Assembly: GCA_038523235.1 (NCBI GenBank) | Contig: JBCBJQ010000013.1 | Location: forward strand, 27,915-91,914 | Direction of reading: 5' to 3' | DNA length: 64,000 bases | DNA from: Cyanobacteria bacterium J06626_4 | Lineage (GTDB): Bacteria; Cyanobacteriota; Cyanobacteriia; Phormidesmidales; Phormidesmidaceae | Shown: one piece after another, positions 10,047 to 18,600 of the stretch | How the letters are laid out: each line of letters starts with the position of its first letter | Numbering within the stretch: the stretch's first letter is position 1 | The notes under the pieces: generated by a model | Seen by the model: the letters and a program-made list of their open reading frames with translations, nothing else | What the model was told of the DNA's origin: nothing | Databases searched by the model: none | Made by a program: the position numbers and the translations under genes

Positions 10047-11171
10047 CTATGTCCAGATGCCAACAGTCGTCACACCAACCCAATCACCGTCGGTATTTTG
10101 GCCAACGTTGTAGAGATAGTAAATAGACATGCAGCCTACGACATATTCCTGGAGGTTAGTCAGGTTTGACAGTAGCCAGTTGTCCAAAGGCTCCAACGTT
10201 GGACTTTTCTCAATGGGTGAATCATCATCATAGACATCATCGTCATCATGCAATTCTGTGAACTGGCAAACACGAGAGAATCCAACGGCATCGGTTAAGC
10301 TGCACAACAGCAGTTCTTTGCTATCAGCTATTCTCATCACAAAACGTTCAACAGAATAATCAGGTTCGAAGAACTGCCTAGTATAAAGCTCCATGCCAAG
10401 CAATATTTGCTTGATTTTCCTAGCTAGCACAAGGGATATCTCGCTAGCTTTTCTGTTTTGACAAGCCTCTACTTTCGATAACTTTTCACCACTAAAGCTC
10501 ACCCATTGCGCGATCGTCATACCCTCTAATGAACCAACATGCAATGGAATATTGAGACTTTCAAGCAAGCTCTCTGTGTCAAATCGAACGTAGCAATCTG
10601 CTCTATTCGTTAACGGCACACGTTCTCGCTCCCGAAATGCGGACTGCCAAAGTTTTTGTTCTAGCCTAGGATCGCAATCTGTAGATAGCCTTTTTGCACC
10701 AAAGCGAGTTTCAAAGTCTGCCTTAACCTCTGGGGCAATGCCAATCCATTCTCCAGTTTTAGTTTCTGCGAGGATGATCGGAAATCCCTCGAAGGGTTCT
10801 ACGGTTGAATGCTCTTCAGGATGGTCCATCGCCCACTTGCAAGGCGCATCACTTTTTGAAACGACATAGACCTGTACTTCGGTACAGTGAGAGTCCAAAA
10901 ACTTAAGTAACTCTACCTGCTTTTCATCTTCAGGAAATAGCTCTTCACGAAAGGTCTCAGTCGGAAACTGCTTGTTTTGCGGAAAGACGCTCTCGATGTC
11001 GACCTCTTCGAGATATCCTTCTGCTTCGAGCAGTCTGTCCAATGTCAGCTCTCCCTGCTCATCGGGTTCCCAGACAAAAGGGTCAACGTAATAATCGCCT
11101 TCGGTACTAAAAACGAGACCATTGGTCAGTTGCCTTAATTCTTCGAGCATTCTGGCGGTAGTTGGCTTCAT
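10047..11171 (-). CDS. Nuclease A inhibitor (NuiA)-like protein, enlarged
   Basis: N-terminal LEELRQLTNGLVFSTEGDYYVDPFVWE and C-terminal NLTNLQEYVVG...GQNTDGDWVGVTT resemble NuiA ends; a second VQVYVV...AETKTGEWIGI block lies internally. Confidence 0.7.
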   Translation of the reverse strand: MKPTTARMLEELRQLTNGLVFSTEGDYYVDPFVWEPDEQGELTLDRLLEAEGYLEEVDIESVFPQNKQFPTETFREELFPEDEKQVELLKFLDSHCTEVQVYVVSKSDAPCKWAMDHPEEHSTVEPFEGFPIILAETKTGEWIGIAPEVKADFETRFGAKRLSTDCDPRLEQKLWQSAFRERERVPLTNRADCYVRFDTESLLESLNIPLHVGSLEGMTIAQWVSFSGEKLSKVEACQNRKASEISLVLARKIKQILLGMELYTRQFFEPDYSVERFVMRIADSKELLLCSLTDAVGFSRVCQFTELHDDDDVYDDDSPIEKSPTLEPLDNWLLSNLTNLQEYVVGCMSIYYLYNVGQNTDGDWVGVTTVGIWT

Positions 11172-11310
11172 GACTTTCCGAGGCTGTTTGATAGTGTCAG
11201 GGAGACGCAGCAACTTAGTTCATTTGTATCACTTGAGCCGCTGCCTGTCACGTTGTTTTGAGAGGGCAGTGTGAGATAGTGCTCAAGCTCGTTTTTGAGT
11301 AGGGCGATCG

Positions 11311-11784
11311 CTAACTTTCTTGCCACAGGAATGGGTAATTCTCAGGCGAGGTAGCGAGCGTCGCTTTTACTGGATTTTGGCAAATATAGTTCCAGATAGC
11401 GGTGAAGGCGCGATCGTTGCGGACGATATGGTCATAGCGTTCAGGTTGCCAAATGGTGCCGATGTGGGGCATCACTTTGGGGATTTGTTTAGCGCTGTAG
11501 CTTTTGATGCTATGCATAATGCTGCTGAGGGACCAGTATGCTTCCTCGGTCTTGGACCGCGGTCTAATCAGCATATGCATATGCACATGGTCGGGCATCA
11601 CGACGAGGGCAAATAGGTCATACCGCTGAGTGTTAAAGAACAGGCAGGCGTCCAGCGCAATCTGCCGTGCAGCAGGAGAAAGTTCTAGTCTTTCCCAGGT
11701 GTTAAAGGTGATGAAGTAAGTTGAGCCATCATATTCTCAGTGAGGCAGCATTCGCTGGGTGATTTTGAGCTGTGGCTCTTTCAT
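11311..11784 (-). pseudogene. REP-associated tyrosine transposase (RAYT, IS200/Y1 family) with in-frame stop
   Basis: Reads MKEPQLKITQRMLPH*EYDGSTYFITF...VVMPDHVH...IKSYSA...WQPERYDHIVR...YICQNP; TGA at 11737-11739 where LPHW is expected. Confidence 0.85.
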
Positions 11785-11846
11785 GGGTGGGAGTGGAAAT
11801 GTTTTCCTTAGAATGCCCTTCTCATCATCAGAGTCTTGATAGAACC

Positions 11847-11926
11847 CTTGTCGGACGGGGCCTTTGGCCTGTCCTAGTGCTGAATAGCGGTTGCCTCAAG
11901 GACGGCCAGGATGGCCGTTGCACAAG
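11847..11926. repeat. Inverted pair of REP-like palindromes next to RAYT
   Basis: CTTGTCGGACGGGGCCTTTGGCCTGTCC (11847-11874) and, on the minus strand, CTTGTGCAACGGCCATCCTGGCCGTCC (11900-11926). Confidence 0.55.
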
Positions 11927-12407
11927 AAGGTTGTCTGCGGTGAGTTGGTAGGGGCATATTTGGTATGATCGAATGATCTCTAATTCCCTGCCCAAAAGTC
12001 ATTCTGGCAGACTATCCAGCTCATCCGAAATCGCTCCCTGCAAATCCTCATCGCAGTGGGTATGCAAATGAAGCACCGAGGCCAATCCCTCGGCCAAAAT
12101 GTCCGCTTTTTGGTCGTCTTGCAAATTTGTCACCTGAAGTTGGTGCATTAGCTCTAGCACTCGACTACACTCTTCCCCAGTTCTGGCATCAGAGTTTGCA
12201 GTGTGGCGTTGTTAATCGGTAGCGATCGCTCTTGCCGCTGCATGATTATCTCTCTCAACGCTTGCGGGTTTGTTGCATTCCTTACACAACTGCCATGATG
12301 GTATTTCTCGGTGGGTAGGGCGATCGCTCAACTCTCTCCATACGTCTAAGGTGGGGGCCGCCCAAAGTCAGGATAATGAAGCCACACGGGCAAAAGGACG
12401 CGGTGCT

Positions 12408-14792
12408 GTGGCGAAGTCAGACAAAAAGCGGTTGTTAGGGCTGCCGCGCCTGGGGGCCGGTAAGCGCAGCGGAAAACGCGGCAATATCGCGCAGACGCTG
12501 CGGCAGCGGGAGCTGTCGCGGGTGAGCGGACGCTTCAGTTTCTTCCGGAGTCAGGCGCTCTACCGCATTTACTCAGTGGTGCCCGCGCGCTATCGCTGGC
12601 TGCTGCCGATGCTGCGCGACTCGCTGCCAGGCGTCGCAGAGGCTGAGGAAGCCGAGACGGATGCGGCGGCGATCGCGGCTGAGGCACCGGCACTGGCCGC
12701 ACCGCTGGTGGATACCTTGCCGCTGCCACCCCTTTCTCCAGGCACTAAACTGTTGGGCCAGCTCGGTAGTTATCGAGTCGAAGCCCAGATCAGCGTGCGG
12801 GGGCGCGGGCGCGTCTATCGAGGGTGGCGCATGGGCAGTGAGCAGCCCGTCAGCCTGCGAGAATATTTGCTGCCGCCCCAGCAGTTTAGTCAGGCCGAAA
12901 TTCGTCAGCGGCAAGCCGGGTTTCGCGATCGCGGTGGCTTAGCGCTGGCCGACGGTCGACCTGAACGGTTTCGGTTAATTCAGCCGCAGGATGCGATTCC
13001 CGACCAGCAGGAACCCCGCTGCTATCTGGTCGGCTTTAGCGGCTTAGACCTGTTACCCTCCCTGCGGAGCCATTTAGAGCAGCAGCCTCACCCTTGGGGT
13101 GCGCCCCAAGTCTGGCGCTTTTTTAACCAGATTTTGCAAACGCTGGAGTCGCTGCATGGGCAAAAATATGTGGTGCCCGCCGGACAGGTGCGCCCCGGTC
13201 TCGTGCACGGTAATCTCAGCCTCGATAGCGTCTTAATCAATTGGCCAGACGACCCCGCCTTGGCAAGCGATCCGCAGTTTTTGATCTATCTGACTGACCT
13301 GCAGCTCTGGGAAAACCTGTTTACCCCGCCCCAAGACAGCTTGCCCTCAATGACCGTAGCCGATGATTTAACGGCGGTCGGGCAGATTGGCTATCAATTA
13401 CTGACCGGGGCCGCGATCGCTGAGACCGAGGGCCGCGATCCGCGTCAGCCCCAAGACTGGCCCGCTGCGGTGCAGCCCCAGCTGCGAGACTTTACCTATC
13501 GCCTGTTGGGGCTGCGGACGCCCTTTGCCAGTGCCGAAGCGGCGCGACGGGCGATTCCGCGCGATTGGCAATTGCTGACCGCAACACCGATCGCCGATGA
13601 ATCAACAGACTTAGAGGAAACATCCCGTACTCGTTGGTGGCGCTGGCTGGTTGCAGCGCTCCTTTTGGCGCTGTTGGGGGGCGCGTTGGGTTGGTGGTTG
13701 ACTCGCCGCCGGTTGGCGATCGCCAGCCCCGACGGACTGCCCCAGCTCTGCTGTTTTGCTGAAGCGGTCGGGGTGCCACGGGGGCGCTTTACCTATGCCG
13801 GTGAGAATGACAGCCTGGGCGCTTACGTGCTGCGGCAGAAGAGTTTGGTTTTTCCGGAAATGACTGTGGAAGGGGCGATTGAGGCGGCCTATCCCGAGGT
13901 GGCTCTGACCTATCAACCGCTCGCGACCGATGAGGCGGCGATTGGCGCCGTGCTGGATGAAGAAGCGGATTTTGCTCTGTCAGCGCTGTTTGGCAGCAGC
14001 GCCGGGGCCGTGTTGCCGTTGCCGCCTACCGTGCAGTCAACCCCCGTGGCCCATGACGCGATCGCGATATTTGTCGCCTTTAGCTATGCCGAGCGCGCGC
14101 GGGGCTTGCCGCAAGGGTTGCGGGGACAGCTGACTTTTGAGCAACTGCGGCAGCTTTATACCGGTCAAATTGTGAATTGGCGGACGCTAGGCGGGCCAGA
14201 CTTGCCCGTGCAGCTGTATGTGCCGTCAGAACCCGACTTGGTGGCGATTTTTGAACGGCAGGTGCTGCAAGACCCCACCGCGATCGCCACCTTTCGCTCA
14301 CTCTTAGAGTCGCCTGCCACGTTGACCGGTGAGGTTAGCTCAGATCGGCCCCCAGTAAAGGTGCTGCGCACCTTTGAGATTTTGCGCGGGGTGATTCAAG
14401 ACTTTGAAGCCGAGGCGATCGGCAGCATCGGCTTTGGGCCGCTGAGTCAGGTCTTTGGTCAGTGTTCGGTCTATCCGCTGGCGCTGCAGGCCGAGGATGG
14501 TGAATTTGTGCAGGCGATCGCCGATGGGCAAACGGGACGAGCCATTGACCCCACCATCGACCTCTGCCAAGACAAGGGCAGTTATCGCCGCGACTACACT
14601 GCTATTTTGACCGGTCACTATCCCCTCGCCTATCCCCTAGAGGTGATTTTTCCCTACGACAATAGTCGGCCCCCGATGGGGCGCAAGGTGGCTGAAATCT
14701 TGCAGTCTCAAGAAAGTCAGCAGCTGTTAGAAAGGGCGGGCCTCGTCCCCATCGCAGAGCCGGAGCCCACGCCGCCCCGTCGCCAAAACTAG
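12408..14792 (+). CDS. Ser/Thr kinase-like (pseudokinase) domain + TM helix + PstS-like substrate-binding domain
   Basis: RGRGRVYRG, VSLREY, VHGNLSLDSVLI, YLTDLQLWE; TM WLVAALLLALLGGALGWWL; PBP motifs VAHDAIAIFV, LRQLYTGQIVNW, YPLAYPL. GTG start at 12408 chosen (ORF open from 12270). Confidence 0.8.
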   Translation: MAKSDKKRLLGLPRLGAGKRSGKRGNIAQTLRQRELSRVSGRFSFFRSQALYRIYSVVPARYRWLLPMLRDSLPGVAEAEEAETDAAAIAAEAPALAAPLVDTLPLPPLSPGTKLLGQLGSYRVEAQISVRGRGRVYRGWRMGSEQPVSLREYLLPPQQFSQAEIRQRQAGFRDRGGLALADGRPERFRLIQPQDAIPDQQEPRCYLVGFSGLDLLPSLRSHLEQQPHPWGAPQVWRFFNQILQTLESLHGQKYVVPAGQVRPGLVHGNLSLDSVLINWPDDPALASDPQFLIYLTDLQLWENLFTPPQDSLPSMTVADDLTAVGQIGYQLLTGAAIAETEGRDPRQPQDWPAAVQPQLRDFTYRLLGLRTPFASAEAARRAIPRDWQLLTATPIADESTDLEETSRTRWWRWLVAALLLALLGGALGWWLTRRRLAIASPDGLPQLCCFAEAVGVPRGRFTYAGENDSLGAYVLRQKSLVFPEMTVEGAIEAAYPEVALTYQPLATDEAAIGAVLDEEADFALSALFGSSAGAVLPLPPTVQSTPVAHDAIAIFVAFSYAERARGLPQGLRGQLTFEQLRQLYTGQIVNWRTLGGPDLPVQLYVPSEPDLVAIFERQVLQDPTAIATFRSLLESPATLTGEVSSDRPPVKVLRTFEILRGVIQDFEAEAIGSIGFGPLSQVFGQCSVYPLALQAEDGEFVQAIADGQTGRAIDPTIDLCQDKGSYRRDYTAILTGHYPLAYPLEVIFPYDNSRPPMGRKVAEILQSQESQQLLERAGLVPIAEPEPTPPRRQN

Positions 14793-14862
14793 ACTTTGGT
14801 CGAATAGGTTTCCGGTCGGGGGTTGGCCACAATGGACGCAATCATCAGGGGAACTGAGGGAC

Positions 14863-15144
14863 ATGAATCGCTTTCCATTTCCGTGGGTGGGCGATCGCCA
14901 CATTGCCCGGGGTGACTGCCGGTCGTCACCTTTGCCACCGGTTCGGGCGACCCGTGCCGCTGGGTATGCCGCCCCGGCTGGGGTGCAAATCTCGGCGCGA
15001 TCGCGCCATCGTCTCGGTCGCACCGCCCGCCAGGTCAGACGCAATCCCCATTTGAGGCGGCGGCTGAGCGAGCGCCTCTATGCCCTCTGGCAAGTCGAGC
15101 AGCGGCTGCAGCGCGATCGCGATCGGCCCAACTTAGACCGATAG
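14863..15144 (+). CDS. Small basic CIS-associated protein
   Basis: GAGG RBS; C-terminal LSERLYALWQVEQRLQRDR resembles the end of the 1686-aa protein; sits inside the operon. Confidence 0.6.
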   Translation: MNRFPFPWVGDRHIARGDCRSSPLPPVRATRAAGYAAPAGVQISARSRHRLGRTARQVRRNPHLRRRLSERLYALWQVEQRLQRDRDRPNLDR

Positions 15145-15168
15145 TCAGGGTGGCAAGGTAGGTCAGCA

Positions 15169-15687
15169 GTGTCTTTTTCCGTCGATCAACTCCAAAACTA
15201 CGTTACCTCGCAGCGGTTTTACGTCTATATCGAAGGGGATAACGAACCCTCGGCCTGCTTTAGCGAATGCTCTGGCTTGTCGTATAAGGCTAAGGTCAAG
15301 CGCTTTTTTGAAGGAGGGGCCAACAACCGCGAGCGAATTTTGGTGGGCCAGCCCAAATTTAAGGAAATCAAGCTGAAGCGCGGCGTCAGCGACAACATGG
15401 TGTTTTGGGACTGGATTAACCAGGTCTGGAATCCTGACCCCACTCAGCCCGGCATTCGTCGCAATATCAGCGTAGTGGTCTTTAACCCAGCGGGGGAAGG
15501 CATCCAGTGCTGGACGGTGATTGGCGCGTTTCCCACTAGTTGGAAGGCCCCCGCCCTGAAAGCGAAAGCAAAAAACTTAGCCATGGAGGAACTGCGGCTC
15601 GCCTTTGAAGGGTTAGAAGTCTCGACAACGGTCGTCTCAGGCGCAACGCAGCTGAGTGGTCGCGACGAGACGGGAGAATTTGGATGA
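15169..15687 (+). CDS. T4 gp19-like tail tube protein (Afp5-type)
   Basis: RFYVYI, FSECSGL, EGGAN, IKLKRG, FWDW, RRNISVVVFN, W..GAFP.SW, AMEELRLAFEGL. Confidence 0.92.
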   Translation: MSFSVDQLQNYVTSQRFYVYIEGDNEPSACFSECSGLSYKAKVKRFFEGGANNRERILVGQPKFKEIKLKRGVSDNMVFWDWINQVWNPDPTQPGIRRNISVVVFNPAGEGIQCWTVIGAFPTSWKAPALKAKAKNLAMEELRLAFEGLEVSTTVVSGATQLSGRDETGEFG

Positions 15688-18600
15688 CGATCACCCCGAT
15701 GACGGCGGGGTCAACGGCCTCACCCGATCGCCCCCTAGGCGCGAGTCAGCCGTTAGGCAAAACCGTGATTTCGCCCAAGCTCATTGCCCCGTTGGGAGCG
15801 CAATCACTCACGGTGCTGCAGCCGTTCCCCAATGCGCACTGGGCCGCCGCCGGTGACACCGCGCAGATGGTACCGCTACAAGCGCGATCGCAGTCGCCAG
15901 CGACGGATAACACGTCATCCACCACCCCCAGCACAGAGGGCGCACCCGCGATACAAACCGCCGCCACCGAGCCAGCACCGAGCCCATCAGATTCACCGAC
16001 CTCAGGGCGATCGCCGGTCATTCAACCCGCGACGGCACCCACACCCACTTCGACATCTCCGGAAACACCTGCTGAAAACACCGCCGCCACCGCGCCCCCA
16101 GCTGCCGCCCCGTCAGTGCAGGCGCAAGCAGCCCCACCGGCCACGACCCCTACGTCAACGACCACACCGACGACTAAACCTTCAATACAGGCGCAACCGG
16201 CCCCCCCCTCCACACCTGCTGCTGAAACAACAACATCATCAGCTGCCGCGCCATTGCTACAGGCGCAAGCGGCGACACCCTCCACGTCATCGCCCCAAAT
16301 ACCTGAGGTACAACTTCAGCCGTCAGATTCTCTGCCACCAGCTGATGCCCCAGCGGCAGCGCGGCCGGCTGCACCATTAGCACCAGGGAACTCACCCAGT
16401 TCGCCTCAAATTCAAGCCAGCTCAGACCCAAAACCACCCACATCAGCACCGCAGCCAGCCCCGACGACCACATCCCCGGTGGTCCAAGCGCAATCAGAAC
16501 CGAGTGCTTCACCACAACCGTCGTCCGCTTCACCCGTTTCACCATCGGCATCGCTAACCTCAGGGGATGTCCCCAATTCGCCCGCCGTTCAAGCCCGTCT
16601 AACCCCACAGCCACCGTCATCAGCACCAGAGCCAGCCCCGACGACGGCATCCCCTGTGGTGCAAGCGCAATCACAATCGTCACCCGCTTTACCGTCTGCA
16701 CCGTTAGCGACTGAAAACTCACCCAATTCATCCACCGTTCAAGCTCGTTCAGCGCCGCCGCCACCGACATCAGCACCGGAACCATCCCTGAAGGCGATGC
16801 CAGCATCTCCTGTAGTCCAAGCTCAGTCAGGGAATGCCCCGCCACAATCGTCGTCTGCGCCTCCCCTTCCAGCGGCTGAATCAGCAACTGGGTCGTCGCC
16901 GGTAGCGTCCGATCGCTCATCCAATCCAGCACCGATTCAAGCGCAAGCGATGCCGGAGCGATCGCCCAGCGTTAGTGCTGAACCCCCCTCAATACAGGCA
17001 CAGCCAGCTCCGGCATTCCCCTCAAGGCCCGCAGCTGAAGCCTCCCACAGTTCGCCTCAAATCCAAGCTAGCTCAGCCGGATCGCCTCAGCCGGATTCCA
17101 GTTCCCCGACTTCGCCTACGGTTCAGGCAGCAACAGATGCTAGCTCGGCGGCAACCGGGCCGCGATCGCCTGACCCATCACCCACCACGACGCCACCAGC
17201 TGCCCAGACAGCACCCACTGTGCAACGTCAGAGTGTTGATGTAGGACCCAGCGTGCAGCGATCGCCCTCAACGGGCCTAGACAGTTCACCTGCCGCTCCG
17301 CCTATCCAGAACGCTCATTCCCCTCAGCCGACAACAGCAGGAACCCCGGCATCCACTGTGGACGGGACCATTCAGCGGCAGAGTAGCCCGGCCTCAACCG
17401 GCTCGAACCTTAACAGCGGAGAGCCGCCAACGCCACCGAATGTCGGATCAACTCAACCGGACACCCTGCAGCGCTCCCCCGATTACACTGCAGCTACTTC
17501 AGCAGATGTCACCATTGCGCGATCGCCGTCGCCCGCTACCACTCCGGCCACGGACAGCCCAGCACCCGCGTCCGATGCGACGACACCTAATGTGCAGCGG
17601 CAAGCTACGCCCGCCAGTAGCCCGGCAACAACCTCCCCGCAACCTGCCGCTAGTGCCGCTAGCTCCGCCAGTTCAGACTCACTGGACGTGCAACGCCAGC
17701 ACGACACAACGGGAGAGACGAGCGGATCAAATTTGCCTGGCACCAATGCACCGCCAACCGTCCAACCCGCAGCGACTACACCATCTGCAACAGTACAGCG
17801 ATCGCCTGGGGATACCTCGGACCCGTCTGCCATTAGTACACCATCGGATGTCTCACAGCCGTCATCGGAAACCCCGTCCGCAGTGCCGCTACAGCGCCAA
17901 TCGGCATCAGCCTCTGTAGAGCCAACGCTACCAACGGTGGGCAACACCACAGACACATCCGAGATTCAGCGATCGCCCACCGCTGCCGCACCGGCAACTG
18001 AAGGTGCGGTACAGCAGCAGACAGACTCTACAGTTCAGGCATCACCGACGGTTCAAGCATCACCGACGGTTCAAGCATCACCGACGGCTGTGGAGGGAGC
18101 CTCCTCGACATCAAGCAGTGAGGCTGATCGCCCGACCGTGCAGCGATCGCCCGCTTCACCGGCATCAGCACCAGTCTTTACAGGACAGGGCGAGGTAGAG
18201 AGCGCCCCTACAACTGCTGACAGCCCAGCCATACAGCGACAACCGGTTCCGTCACCCACTACCGCTGAGCCCTCCACTGCAGGAATCACGCCCAACGAAT
18301 CGTCGCCTCTACAGCGATCACCCGATTCCGATAGCGCTATTACGTCACCCACAGCAGCCGGTGAAGTTTCCGTACAACGGCAAGCGGACTCATCGCCATC
18401 CACTCCGATCGCTCCCGCACAGCCAGCGGCAACATCGGCGACAGATGCGGTACAGCGGCAGGTAGCCCCAGGATCGCCAGAGGTGTTGTCTCCAACTACA
18501 AATGGGTCGGGCGATCGCCCGACCGTGCAGCGATCGCCGGATGGCGCAGCCGTCAGCGCCCCAGATTCGGCAACAGCAACGACTTCACTACCCAATATCC

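Noticed and set aside
11737..11739. Recoded TGA (Trp or Sec readthrough) in RAYT
   Set aside because: TGA is used as a normal stop throughout the window, and a second lesion nearby supports pseudogenisation
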